From Octopus sinensis (taxonomy: Eukaryota), in assembly GCF_006345805.1 (NCBI RefSeq), contig NC_043010.1, positions 26,908,001 to 26,972,000 on the forward strand: DNA of 64,000 nt. Direction: 5' to 3'. Below the pieces are notes generated by a model that made no database searches, was not told where the DNA came from, and saw only the letters and a list, made by a program, of their open reading frames with translations. The stretch's first letter is position 1; each line of letters begins with the position of its first letter. A program made the translations under genes and the position numbers. Below, in pieces: positions 38,326 through 51,564 of this stretch.

Positions 38326-38817
38326 ATACAAACAATCATGAATGATTGAATATTGAATTTTGAGATACTAGAAGGCACCAACTCAACTCAGTATCAGAGC
38401 GAGCTAGAAGCCACAGCTAGTATCACCAAATTCAAAGTATGAATGAAAGCTTGTGTCACCAGTCCCTTCCCACCCGCGTGTAGCCAAGACAAAGTGCTGT
38501 GGTCATTTACTGGGATGAATATGGTTATGAGTAAACAATGAAGGGTGAAATTAATTAATTTGGAATAATTATCAATTACACCAAGTAGTCTTCGGCATGT
38601 AAAAGCCTCATTCGAGGAAAATTTAAGTAATACTAAGCAATTAAGGGTTTAGCAACGAATTGCCTTACCACACACCGAATTTAGAAATAGCAGTCAAAGA
38701 GATTATAGCTATTTCTTCTACTAAAAGGGAGATCATTAAAGGCACAGCATTTGAAAGGCAAACACAAACAGGCAAGAAGAATGAATTAACGGCAATCTAT
38801 CATACAGTTTTAAGTCA

Positions 38818-38909
38818 CCTACGGACGTACGTTTCGAGATCAAGTCTTAGGAAAGCGTAAGAATTAGATAACTCTACCTTACCCAGACTTCTTCTTTCAT
38901 CAGCGCAGG
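38818..38909 (-). ncRNA. Type I hammerhead, array copy (rightmost)
   Basis: Same motif as 37073-37163. Confidence 0.78.
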
Positions 38910-39039
38910 ATACAAACAATCATGAATGATTGAATAATATATATATATATACATACATATATATATATACATATATATATACACACATCATCATTATCAT
39001 TATACATACATATATATATGATAGTGTAGTGTACATCAT

Positions 39040-42000
39040 CATCATCATCATCATCATCGTTTAACGTCCGTTCTCCATGCTAGCATGGGTTGGACAGTTC
39101 GACCGGGGATCTATGAAGCCAGAAGGCTGCACCAGGCTCCAGTCTTATCTGGCAATGTTTCTATAGCTGGATGCCCTTCCTAACGCCAACCACTCCGTGA
39201 GTGTAGTGGGTGCTTTTTACGTGCCACCCGCACAGGTGCCAGGCGAGGCTAGCAACGGCCACAGTCGGATTGGTGCATTTTACGTGCTACCGGCACGGAA
39301 GCCAGTCGAGGCGGCGCTGGCATTGGCCACGATTCGGATATTCCTTTTTACATACCACCAGTCCAGGGGCCCTGGCGTCTGCCAGGTGCCAGTCATAGGA
39401 TTGGTTCAATTTCAATTTCGATTTCACTTGCCCCAACATGTCTTCGCAAGCCAAACGGGTTGGTATGAGTGCCTGTCGTCGGATGAGGTTCGATATCGAC
39501 TTCACTTGCCTCAACAGGTCTTTGTGTCCAAGGGAGGAAAGGCATGCATAAGTGGGCTGGGCTCACTTGTCCTGCCTGGTCTTCTCATGTACAGCATATT
39601 TCCAAAGGTCTAAGTCGCTGGTCATTTCCTCAGTGAGACCTAAAGTTCGAAGGTCGTGCTTCACCACCTCGTCCCAGGTTTTCCTGGGTCTACCTCTTCC
39701 ATGGGTTCCCTCAACTGCTAGGGATTGGCACTTTTTCACACACCTATCTTCATCCATTCTCGCCACATGACCATACCAGCGCAATCGTCTTTCTTGCACA
39801 CCATAACTGATGCTTCTTAGGTACAACATTTCTCTCAAGGTACTAACGCTCTGTCGAGTATGTACACTGACATTACACATCCATCGGAGCATACTGGCTT
39901 CATTCCTCGCGAGCTTACGCATGTCCGCAGCAGTCATGGCCCATGTTTCACTGCCATGTAGCATGGATGTTCGTACACATGCATCATACAGTCTGCCTTT
40001 TACTCTGAGCGAGAGGCCTTTAGTCACCAGCAGAGGTAAGAGCTCCCTAAACTTTGCCCAGGCTATTCTTATTCTAGCAGTTACACTTTCAACGCACCCA
40101 CCCCCACTACTGACTTAGTCACCTAGATAACGGAAGCTATCAACTACTTCTAGTTTTTCCCCCTGGAAAGTGACGGAAGTTCTTTTCTGCAGATTTTCGG
40201 AGGTTAATGCTCCCGAGCATCTGCCACATGCAAAAACTATCTTCCCAGTTAGCCTACCTTTGACATTGCTGCACCTCTTATGTGTCCATAGCTTACACTG
40301 GGTACATCTTACAGAGTATCTATCTACACCTTTTCTACAGATCGAGCAGGGCCATCTTCCTGAAGACATTTGTGGATTGTCTACCTTCCTACTTATTAGT
40401 ACTTTGGTTTTAGCTAGGTTGACTCTAAGGCCCCTCGATTCTAAACCCTCCTTCTACACCTGGAACTTCTCCTCCAGTTCTGATAGTGACTCAGCAATTA
40501 GAGCAAGGTCGTCAGCATAGAGGAGCTCCCAGGGGCAACCTGTCTTGAATTCCTCCATAATTGCCTGGAGGACTATGATAAATAGGAGGGGGCTGAGTAC
40601 TGAACCCTGGTGGACCCCAACCTCTACTTTGAATTCTTCTGTGTGCATGTTGCCAATCCTAACCTTACTTACGGCATCTCTGTACATGGCTTGCACAGCC
40701 CTCACCAGCCATTCAACTATCCCTAGTTTCCTCATTGACCACCAGATAAGGGATCGGGGGACCCTGTCAAAGGCTTTCGCCATGTCAACGAAAGCCAGGT
40801 ACAGGGGTTTATCCTTGGCTAGGTATTTCTCCTGCAGCTGCCTTACCAGGAATATTGCATCAGTGGTACTTTTCCCTGGTATGAACGCAAACTGCATCTC
40901 ATCTAAACTAACTTTATTTCTAATTAGTTGGGCTATGACCCTCTCCGTAACCTTCATTACCTGATCCAACAGCTTGATACCTCTCTAATTATTTGTATCT
41001 AGGGCATCACCTTTACCTTTGTAGCAGTTGACTAGTATGCTGCTACACCAGTCCTTGGGTATGACTCCTGCGTGTATCACCTGGTTGACTATACGGGTGA
41101 CTAGGTTATAGCCGACACTGCCAGATATTTTGAGCATCTCTGCAGTAATTCCTGATGGACCAGGGGCTTTCCCTGTCTTCATACTTCGAATTGCCTTAAC
41201 TACCAATGAACTCTCAACTCAGATAACTGGTCCCTCTGTTGGGTCAACATTCGGCAGACTCTTTTTTTCCCATTCATTTTCTTTATTCAGCAGCCTTTCA
41301 TAGTGGCGTCTCCAAACCTCTCTCTTTGCATCCTCATTTAGCACAAGTGAACCATCATCCATGCGGACACATTTCTCTCTTACCACATCATGATTCTCTC
41401 TCACACACTCTTGCAACACGAAATACCTCAAGTCTTTCATCCTCACGGCTCAGAACATTGGCAAATTTTTTGTTATCCGCTTCCCCTCTGGCTAAATAAA
41501 CCTGTCTCCTAGCTTCCCTTCTGGCTGTCTGATACAATTCCCTGCTACCACCGTTCTTCCAGTCCTTCCAAGCCTGTCTCTTTTGTCTAATAGCCCTGTC
41601 AACCACAGTGTTCCACCACCACGTTACTCTGGATCGAGATGGTACTTTGCTCCATCCACAGATCTGGTCAGTGGCTGTCAGCAGATTGTCCCGTAGAAAT
41701 CTCCAGTTGTCTTCCACATTAAGTGAAGCTATATCCCCTTCTATTTCGTCAAAGGCTTCGAGTAGTATGTCTCTAAATCTCTGTCCATTTGCAGGATCTT
41801 TAAGCTTCCAGACCCTTCTCCTCCAAACTGGTCTTCTTCTGGGCAACCATTTAGCTCTGATCCTGAAGTCGCTAACTACTAATCTCTGTTGAGGAGTACA
41901 TTCTTCGCCTGGGAAGGTTTTGGCATTTATAAGCAGCCATCTTTCCCTTTTTCTGGCAAGGATGTAGTCAATCTGGCTAGTGTGTCTGCCAGAACGGTAG

Positions 42001-42465
42001 GTGACTAGGTGAGAGGTGGGTTTCCTAAAGTTGGTATTGCGGACCATAAGGTCATTTGCATCGCAGAACTCCAGCAGCCTGGTTCCCTCCTCATTACGTG
42101 AGCCAAAACTGTAGCCTCCATGAACACCATGGAAGCCTCCGACATGCCGTCCAACATGTCCATTGAAATCACCTGTCACGAAGAGAAGGTCACTGTCATT
42201 TGTCAACGAGGTAGTCCACAATAGGGTGTCATAGAATTGGTCTTTTTGTCCTTCCGGTAGCCCTGGTTGAGGGGCATATGCCGAGATGATGGTAGCTGAC
42301 CTATGGTGAAGGACTAATCTAATTTTAAGTACTCTGTCACTTACTCTGACTACTTCGATTACCTTATCTACCCATTTCTCCGCAAGAAGTATACCAACGC
42401 CCCCGACCCCGTCAGTGTTCCCTGCCCAGAAAATCTTGTACCTGTCTTCCTTGCCTGTGAGGTTT
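39040..42465 (-). mobile_element. RTE-clade LINE (APE + RT), 5'-truncated, disrupted
   Basis: APE motifs SAYAPQ, GDFNGHVG, SQIDYIL; RT motifs GVHQGSVLSP, LLYADDL; C-terminal LHGSETW, RRLRWYGHV; 3' UTR with (GAT)n tail. Confidence 0.93.
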
Positions 42466-42479
42466 GAATTTAAGTCTAT

Positions 42480-45400
42480 TGTTTGTCTATGAATCCTGCC
42501 AAATGCAAGTTTTCTTTTCAGGTACATGAAGCTACTGTCCCTCGTCCCAAGGTGCCTAGGGCCTATACCTCCCTCAGGGTTGGCACCCTCAATGTTGGCA
42601 CACTGAAAGGTAGGTCTGGCGAGATTGTTGAGTTGCTTGAATGGAGATGTGTTATGTGCTGCATTCAAGAAGTGACGTGGAGAGGAGGTTCTGCTAGGTT
42701 CTTCACAGGCAAAGAACACAGGTACAAGATTTTCTGGGCTGGAAACACTGACGGGGTCGGGGGCGTGGGTATACTGCTCACTGAAAAATGGGTAGATAAG
42801 GTAATTGAGGTAATCAGAGTATGTTGGACAACATGCTGGGGGTTTCCATGGCGTACATGGAGGCTATGGCTATGGTTCCCGCAACGAGGAGGGAACCAGG
42901 CTGCTGGAGTTCTGCGATGTGAATGATCTTATGGTCTGCAACACTAACTTCAGAAAACCTACCAGCCACCTAGTCACCTACTGATCAGGCTGACATACCA
43001 GCCAAATCGACTACATCCTTGCCAGAAAATGGGAAAGATGGCTGCTTATAAATGCCAAAACCTTCCCAGCGAAGAATGTACCCCACAACATAGACTGGTA
43101 GTTAGTGACTTTAGGGTCAGGACTAAGAGGACGACCAGAAGACGACCAACATGGAGAAGAAGGATCTGGAAGCTCAAAGATCCTGCGAATGGAGAGAGAT
43201 TTAGAGACATATTACTCGAAGACTTTGATGAAATAGAAGAGGATATAGATTCACATAGTGTAGAAGACAACTTTAGGTTTCTACGGAACAACCTGCTGAG
43301 AGCCACTGACCAGATCTGTGGATGGAGCAACGTCCCCTCAAGACCCATAATAACGTGGTGGTGGAACAATATTGTTGACAGGGCTATTAGAGAAAAAAAA
43401 CAGGCTTAGAAGAACATGGTAGCAGGGAAGTGTATCAGACTGCCAGAAGGGAAGCTAGGAGGCAGGTGTATTTAGCCAGAGGGGAAGCAGATAAGAAAAA
43501 ATTTGCCAATGTTCTGCACTGTGAGGATCAAAGACTTGAGGTATTTCATGTTGCAAGACAGTGTGTGAGAGAGAATCATGATGTGGTAGGAGAGAAATGT
43601 GTTCACATGGATGATGGTTCACTTGCGCTAAATGAGGATGCAAAGAGAGAGGTTTGGAGATGCCACTATGAAAGGTTGCTGAATAAAGAAAATGAATGGG
43701 ATAAAGAGAGTCTGCCGAATGTCGACCCAACAGAGGGACCAGCTATCCGAGTTGACAGTTCCTTAGTATTTATGGCAATTAGTAGCATGAAGACAGGGAA
43801 AGCCCCAGGCCCATCAGGAATTACTGCAGAGATGCTCAAAATATCTGGTAGTGTCGGCTATAGCCTAGTCACCCATATAGTTAACCTGGTGATACACGAA
43901 GAAGTCATTCCCAATGACTGGTGTAGCAGCATAATAGTCAACTGCTACAAAGCTAAAGGTGATGTCCTAGATACTAATAACTACAGGAGTATCAAGCTGT
44001 TGGATCAGCTAATGAAGGTTACGGAGAGGGTCATAGCCCAACAATTAGAGAGAGAGAGTGAGTTTAGATGAGATGCAGTTTGGTTTTGTGTCAGGGAAAA
44101 GCACCACTGATGCTATATTTCTTGTAAGGCAGCTGCAGGAGAAATACCTAGCCAAGGATAAGCCCCTGTACCTGGCTTTTGTTGACATGGAGAAAGCCTT
44201 TGACAGGGTCCTCCAATCCCTTATCTGGTGATCAATGAGGAAACTAGGGATAGATGAATAGTTAGTGAGAGCTGTACGAGCCATGTACAGGGACGCTGCT
44301 TGTAAGGTGAGGGTTGGCGACGAGTACACTAAAGAATTCAAAGTTGAGGTTGGGGTCCACCAAAGCTCAGTCCTCAGCGCCCTCCTATTTATCATAGTCC
44401 TCCAGGCAATAATAGAGGAATTCAAGACAGGATGCCCCTGGGAGCTCCTCTATGCTAATGACCTTGCTCTAATTGCTGAGTCACTATCAGAACTGGAGGA
44501 GAGGTTTCAAGTGTGGAAGCAAGGATTAGAATCAAAGGGCCTTAGAGTCAACCTAGCTAAAACCAAAGTCCTAATCAGTAGGAAGGTTGACAAATCACAA
44601 ATGCCTTCTGGTAGATGGCCCTGCTCGATCTGTAGAAAAGGCATAGGTAGAAACTCTATAAGATGCACCAAGTGTAAGCTATGGACACATAAGAGGTGCA
44701 GCAATGTCAAAGGAAGGCTAACTAAGAAAATAGTTTTTGTATGTGGCAGATGCTCAGGAGCAATAAACACTGAAAATGTGCAGAGACCAACTTCCACCAC
44801 ATTCCAGGGAGAAAAACTAGAAATAGTTGATAGCTTCCGTTACCTAGGTGACCAAGTCAGTAGCAGGGGTGGGTGTGCTGAAAGTGTAACTGCTAGAGTA
44901 AGAATAGCCTGGGCAAAGTTCAGAGAGCTCTTACCTCTGCTGGTGACAAAAGGCCTCTCGCCCAGAGTAAAAGACAGACTGTATGACGCATGTGTATGAA
45001 CATCCATGCTACATGGCAGTGAAACATGGGCCGTGACTGTTGAGGATATGCGTAAGCTCGCAATAAATAAAGTCAGTATGCTCCGATGGATGTGTAATGT
45101 CAGTGTACATACTCGACAGAGTATAAGTACCCTGAGAGAAAAGTTGGACCTAAGAAGCATCAGTTGTGGTGTGCAAGAGAGACGTTAGTGCTGGTATGGT
45201 CATGTGGCATGAATGGATGAAGATAGGTGTGTGAAAAAGTGCCACACCCTAGCGGTTGAGGGAACCTGTGGAAGAGGTAGACCCAGGAAAACCTGGGACA
45301 AGGTGGTGAAGCACGACCTTCGAACTTTAGGTCTCACCGAGGAAATGGCTAGAGACCGAGACCTATGGAAGTATGCTGTGCGTGAGAAGACCCGGCAGGA

Positions 45401-45890
45401 CAAGTGAGGCCATAACCCATGGCCTCTACCTGTGATGTAGCCGGTCCACTTATGCATACCTTTTCTTCTTAGGACACAAAACTCTACTTGTGAAGACCTG
45501 TTGAGGCTAGTGAGAATCAGAATCAAAATCGATCAACATCAATGGAAATTGTAGCTGTGATACCAGTGCCGGTGGCACATAAAAGAACCATACGAACGTG
45601 GCCGTTGCCAGCGCCGCCCCGACTGGCCTCCGTGCCGGTGGCACGTAAAAAGCACCATTCGATTGTGGCCGTTTGCCAGCCTCGTCTGGTACCTGTGCCG
45701 GTGGCACATAAAAAGCACCCACTACACTCATGGAGTGGTTGGCGTTAGGAAGGGCAACCAGCCATAGAAACATTGCCAGATCAGACTGGGCCTGGTGCAG
45801 CCTTCTGGCTTCCCAGACCCCAGTTGAACTGTCCAACCCATGCTAGCATGGAAAGCGGATGCTAAACGATGATGCTGATGATGATGATGA
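42480..45890 (+). mobile_element. RTE-clade LINE, near full length, disrupted
   Basis: N-terminal APE (VGTLNVGTLKGR..CIQE), internal APE deletion near 42825, RT (LLYANDL), several stops, 3' UTR and (GAT)n tail. Confidence 0.93.
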
Positions 45891-45924
45891 TTTATATATA
45901 TATATGTGTGTGTATATGTATATG

Positions 45925-46103
45925 TTCCTCTCATTCTCTCTCTCTTGTGTGCATACAAACACCTGTAGACACACTGAGGTAAATCATCATCATCATCATC
46001 ATCGTTTAAGCGGACGTTAAACGATGATGATGATGATGATGATTTACCTCAGTGTGTCTACAGGTGTTTGTATGCACACAAGAGAGAGAGAGAATGAGAG
46101 GAA
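45925..46103. repeat. Palindrome with ~85-bp arms and 7-nt spacer gcggacg
   Basis: Arms differ only by one (CT) unit. Confidence 0.93.
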
Positions 46104-46981
46104 AAGTGAGGGAGTGAAGCCCATCCCAGCAATGTAGTCAAGGTAGGTAATTCTGACTCAAGAAAAAAATGACATATTATAAATTATAATTTTTAAATAC
46201 AAAAAAATAAATGAACTCTAAAATTCTTGTAAAAACATGAATTTATTGCATGGCATTCAGTGTGTATTTCAGGAAATGGCTACTTTATTGATGTTAGGCA
46301 CAATTTCATCTCCCTTTCAAGCTCGATCTATATATTATGTGTAATGCTATGAAACCCCCATGCTGTGAGTCCAGCTCCATAACACATTAAATATTGCGTC
46401 ATAAAGGCAAAATGATTTCTGCTTTGCATCAGTGTCATGACAAAGTAAGCAAAATGTGTGCATGCGGATGTGTGTGTGTGTGTGATATCACATGTGGCGG
46501 CCATCTGTTAATTAAATCAGTTTTTAGAGGTATTCTATTTCATCTGAGCGTATAAAATTGAAATAAGGAACACACATTATTGTACTGCACATTTGTGTGT
46601 ATGTGTACATGTCTAAATGCAGCTATATACAATGTATACGGTTATTTGTATCTAAGGTGTTGTATACATGATAGTGCTTATGTTTTGTTTGTTTACATGC
46701 CTTCATAGGTACAACACATCAACTGTTTTCAATTCCTAGTGATGTTTATATGCATATATTTGCATATATTTATTCTGTCTATCTATCTATCTGTCTGTCT
46801 GTCTATCTATCTTTCTAGCTATCTGTCTGTCTGTTTTCTAAACCACATGGTTTTCAGTTCAGTTCTACTGCATGGCATCTTAAACAAGTGACTTCTATTA
46901 TAGCCTCAAGTCAACCAAAGTCTTGTTAGTGGATTTGATGGAAACTGGAGAAAGCCTATCACATACATGCATGCATGCATG

Positions 46982-47218
<237 letters not shown>

Positions 47219-47569
47219 GATGTTGTCATTATTATTATTATTACCACGGGCATATGGTGTAGTGGTTAAGAGCGCGAGCTACTAAACCCAAGATTCAGAG
47301 TTTGATTCCAGGCAGTGACCTGAATAATAAGAAGAAAAATCACAAATCTCAAATTTTAAAACAAACACATAATTTTCTGATGGTTTCTTAAACATTCTCT
47401 AGAACAACACTATGTACAAAACCAAATATATGGCACCCTAGGCATAACACCAACATGAACTTCTAACTTGTCTCTTGAGGTCACTGGGTGAGACTTGGAG
47501 CCAACTTGTATAAATTTAAAGCAAAAGTCAAACATAAAATAATAATAATGATAATAATAACAACATCAA

Positions 47570-47730
47570 AAAATACCTTAGGAATGAGAACCCAGGTTCA
47601 AAATTTCTCCAAGACACCTGATGAAAGCTGGAGGGTATATCAGCCGAAACGTTGTGTTAACAACAAACAAGATGAGGACAAATATCTATCAAATGTAAAT
47701 AACGTACATAATTCCTCATCTCTTAAATAT
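47570..47730 (+). mobile_element. Short Penelope-type terminal repeat with minimal hammerhead (47613-47658)
   Basis: Stem I gacac/gtgtt; CTGATGA plus extra A; gctg/cagc; GAAA; AACGTT palindrome with zero loop; GUU site. Confidence 0.68.
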
Positions 47731-48015
47731 AGAACTGTACATACATACATACATGCATACATATATATATATCGCTTGTAGAAAACATACATCTGGAGAA
47801 GAAGCAGTGTATATTAGAAATGAGGGAAGCCAGTTTATGGTATGAAAGAAAAGGGGTTAAAAATCCAGGCAGATATCAATAAAGCACTTGGTTTAAAAAG
47901 AATTTGGTTAACAATATCCAACAATCAGACACTGGTAAATGTAAGTAGAATGCACATCCAAAGTAAATCCTCGTGCATGACATGTAGATCCGAATATCCT
48001 CAGAAGAATTTATAT

Positions 48016-48049
<34 letters not shown>

Positions 48050-48477
48050 CACATTAGTTGTTAGGATTCGATAGAATCCAGGTGCATCAACACATAGGAT
48101 GCCAGAAATGGCTAGGTACCATAACATAGGATTCACAGTGAGGTTAAACAACCATGAAGGTGACATGTGTTGGTAGGATGCTGTAGATATCATCAATAGA
48201 ATTTTACTGAAACAGCTGGTGTACACTTTGTGTTCTTTAAGCACACACAAATATATATACAAGTGTGTGTGTTTTCAGATTATTAAGTCCTTGTCAGTAT
48301 ATATGTATACAATTATGTACTACACCATTAGAGGATTTTAGCTCTTATTTCTAGCAATGTAATGTTTCTAAAACCCTAGTCACATTTAGCGACGATTATA
48401 GTTTTCCTTTTTGGTGAAACATTGCAAACTGCTGTCTACATTAATTTTATACATACATATATATATATATACTTGTT

Positions 48478-48882
48478 TACTTGTTTACTTGTTTCAGTCA
48501 TTTGACTGCGGCCATGCTGGAGCACCGCCTTTAATCGAGCAAATCGACCCCGGGACTTATTCTTTGTAAGCCCAGTACTTATTCTATCGTTCTCTTTTGC
48601 CGAACCGCTAAGTGACGGGGACGTAAACACACCAGCATCGGTTGTCAAGCAATGCTAGAGGGACAAACACAGACACACAAACATATACACACACATGCAC
48701 ATATATATATATCCATATATACGACAGGCTTCTTTCAGTTTCCGTCTACCAAATCCACTCACAAGGCTTTGGTCGGCCCGGGACTATAGCAGAAGACACT
48801 TGCCCAAGATGCCACGCAGTGGGACTGAACCCAGAACCATGTGGTTGGTTAGCAAGCTACTTACCACACAGCCACTCCTGCG
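48478..48882 (-). mobile_element. Full bipartite SINE (family of 3545)
   Basis: Reverse complement of head and tail. Confidence 0.85.
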
Positions 48883-49257
48883 CCTATATATATATAGATA
48901 TATATTTCTTTTTTTAATGTCTGTTGTCCATGCTGGCATGGGTTGGACAGTTTGACCAGGGCTGGCAAGCTGGAAGGCTGCACCGAACTCCAGTCTGATT
49001 TGTCATGGTTTTCTACTTCTGGATGCCCCTTCCTAACGCCAACCACTTCGAGTGTGTAATGAGTGCTTTTACGTGCCATTTGTATGACACCAGTATCTGC
49101 CACGACTGTGATTTTGCTTGGCTTCATGGGTCTTCTTCTCAAGCACAACATAATGCCAAAGGTCTTGGTCATTGCCTCCATGAGGCCTAAAACTTGAAAG
49201 GAACTCAGCCTCCCTGGGGCCCTATGCTCAAAAGGAACTCAAGACTTATATATATAT

Positions 49258-49293
<36 letters not shown>

Positions 49294-49368
49294 ACATATA
49301 TACACACACATATATATGTATAGATATATATATATGCATATATATATATACATATGAAAAATATGGGT

Positions 49369-49845
49369 GGCTTATTAGCAATTTAACTACCTAAAGCCAA
49401 ATTTATAGATGTCACTAAAGTGACAGAGGGTACTGAGTGGTACCGGCATTGTTAGAAACCGACTCACTAGCCACGAGAGCACTTTCTTAATGACTGAGAA
49501 GGGAGACAAGCTCCCTTTACAAACAACCAGTTCACCGGCGATTTCGAATTTTGATGCAAAGCATCTTAATTCTCATTGGTGGCTCTTACTCAAATCACCT
49601 TGTCAGCTTTTAAGAAAACCATTGACCTCATGCACTGATTTCAAAAATGGTGAAAGTGAAAACTATAAATAATATCGATGGCTTATTAGCAGTTTAATAA
49701 CCTAAAGGCAAATTTATAGATGTTAATCATTAAGAAGGTGCTCTTATGGCTAATGAGTCGTTTTGCCTCTTATTTCTAGCAATGCCAGTACCACTTAGTA
49801 ACCTCTGCCACTTTTGTAATGTTTATAAATTTGCCTTCAAGATTT
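49369..49845. repeat. Rearranged inverted/direct repeat cluster (MITE-like relic)
   Basis: Direct repeat 49369-49412 / 49680-49723; inverted repeat ~49410-49493 / ~49726-49835. Confidence 0.65.
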
Positions 49846-49919
49846 AGGAGTAGTTTGGTAGTTTGTTACATCTGTCTCAAGTCAGAAATTCTATTATCAT
49901 GCATTGCTTCTAAAACACA

Positions 49920-50325
49920 AGGAGTGACTGTGTGGTAAGTAGCTTGCTTACAAACCACATGGTTCCGGGTTCAATCCCACTGCATGGCACCTTGGGCAAG
50001 TGTCTTCTACTATAGCCTCAGGCTGACCAAAGCCTTGTGAGTAAATTTAGTGGGCAGAAACTGAAAGAAGCCCGTCGTATATATGTATATATATGTATGT
50101 GTGTGTATGTACATTTGTATGTCTGTGTTTGTCCCCCAACATCACTTGACAACCGATGCTGGTGTGTTTACATCCCTGTAACTTAGTAGTTCGGCAAGAG
50201 AGACAGATAGAATAAGTACTAAGCTTACAAAGAATAAGTCCTGGAGTCGATTTACTCAACTAAAGGCAGTGCTCCAGCATGGCCTCAGTTAAATAACTGA
50301 AACAAGTAAAAGAGTAAAAGAGAGT
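49920..50325 (+). mobile_element. Full bipartite SINE (family of 3545)
   Basis: Head, (TA/TG)n linker, tail ending agtaaaagagtaaaagag. Confidence 0.85.
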
Positions 50326-50483
50326 ATATCTATGTATGTATGTAAATATGTATGTATGTATGTATATATGCATGCATGTATGTACATATGTATGTCCATA
50401 TATATGTATATAGTATGTATGTATAAAACAATCGAAAGAAACCAAAACTGAAATACTTGGGAAACTTTATGGCTCACAATGAT

Positions 50484-50939
50484 TGTTGCAACACATCCTA
50501 CATCGATCCCTCCCCGCCGGTGGGAAACTATACAACTAGTTGTGGTTCATCCCTTAGTGCAGAAGTATCTTGTTATGTGATGTAATAAGAGGTGTCTTGT
50601 TAAATGTATGTATGTGTTGAAGTGAAAATGGTACACTCCTTCCTACATGACAGAGCCATTATAAAGTCAGGCAGTCAGTCGTTGTAGGAAGGTCAGTGGT
50701 AGTAGAGTCATTGTATGAGTTCTCAGTTGGAGTCAGTGTCAATTATGTGATATATACGAGTTCAAGTTACCATCAAGGTAGATGTTTCAAAGCTGTTGTC
50801 TTGCAGAGCTATCAGTGATAGCACAATAGACGAGTGAAAGATAATAAGACGAGGAATACCAATACATCATAATAGTGGCAACAAGAATATTACAGTGCCG
50901 ACGAGAACATACAAGTGGACAAGGATCCACATTATAACA
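50484..50939. mobile_element. Possible solo LTR
   Basis: Non-repetitive 456-bp block bounded by TGTT...AACA; no TSD or PBS seen. Confidence 0.25.
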
Positions 50940-51564
50940 GTATGTATGTATGTATTTGTATGTGTGTCTGTATATATATGTTTGTGTGATTGTGTTTCCT
51001 TTCCTTCTTTGTGTGCAGTGGTTGTAAATAAGCATCACAACCATAAAAATGGTGTCTTTCATATCCAGTCTTCCATGAAAAGCAAAATATGTTCAGCCAT
51101 AGAGAAATGTTATCTTACATTGGAAACAGGTGAGAGAGAGAGTATCAAGTAGAGCGTCCAACCATAGAAAATTTGTCTCATCAAATTCCATCTGACCCAT
51201 GCAAGCATGGAAAAGTGGACATTAGAACAATGATGCTGATGATGATGATGATGATGTGTGTCTGTGTACACATACATATATGTGTGTGTACGTATAAATT
51301 TAATGCTGCGATATATACACTACTGTTTTCTTTTGATATTTCAATGTTAATGCCACATTATGAATGAAGCAAATTAAAATACGTGTGCAATTAAACATCT
51401 AAATTGTAATAGAAACAACCCAGTCTATACACAGGAATTTTTAAATTATGGATAATTATTTTAATATCTATATACAGATAGGTAGATATAAATATATCAT
51501 AGATATAGATATATACACAGACATATATGCCTATATATATATGTATATATGTATAGATATGTAT

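Larger units (their letters stand above)
36884..38936 (-). repeat. ~580-bp tandem array (3.5 units), each unit with a hammerhead ribozyme
   Basis: Near-identical units; cleavage-to-cleavage spacing 584, 577 and 584 nt. Confidence 0.95.

Noticed and set aside
42505-42525. ttttcttttcag acceptor at the 5' end of the plus-strand RTE as an exonisation site
   Set aside because: No matching donor or frame could be supported; such motifs are common in AT-rich DNA.
41388-42719. 443-aa minus-strand ORF as a single gene
   Set aside because: Chimeric: it starts in the antisense 5' part of the plus-strand RTE and reads across the junction into the APE domain of the minus-strand RTE.
47250-47325. tRNA gene (gcatatggtgtagtggttaagagcgcg...gagtttgattcc)
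   Set aside because: A and B boxes are present but no complete cloverleaf or acceptor stem; it is a SINE head.
49493-49530. CTGAGAAGGGAG-acaag-CTCCC hairpin as a hammerhead
   Set aside because: No GAAA box and the first box is non-canonical.
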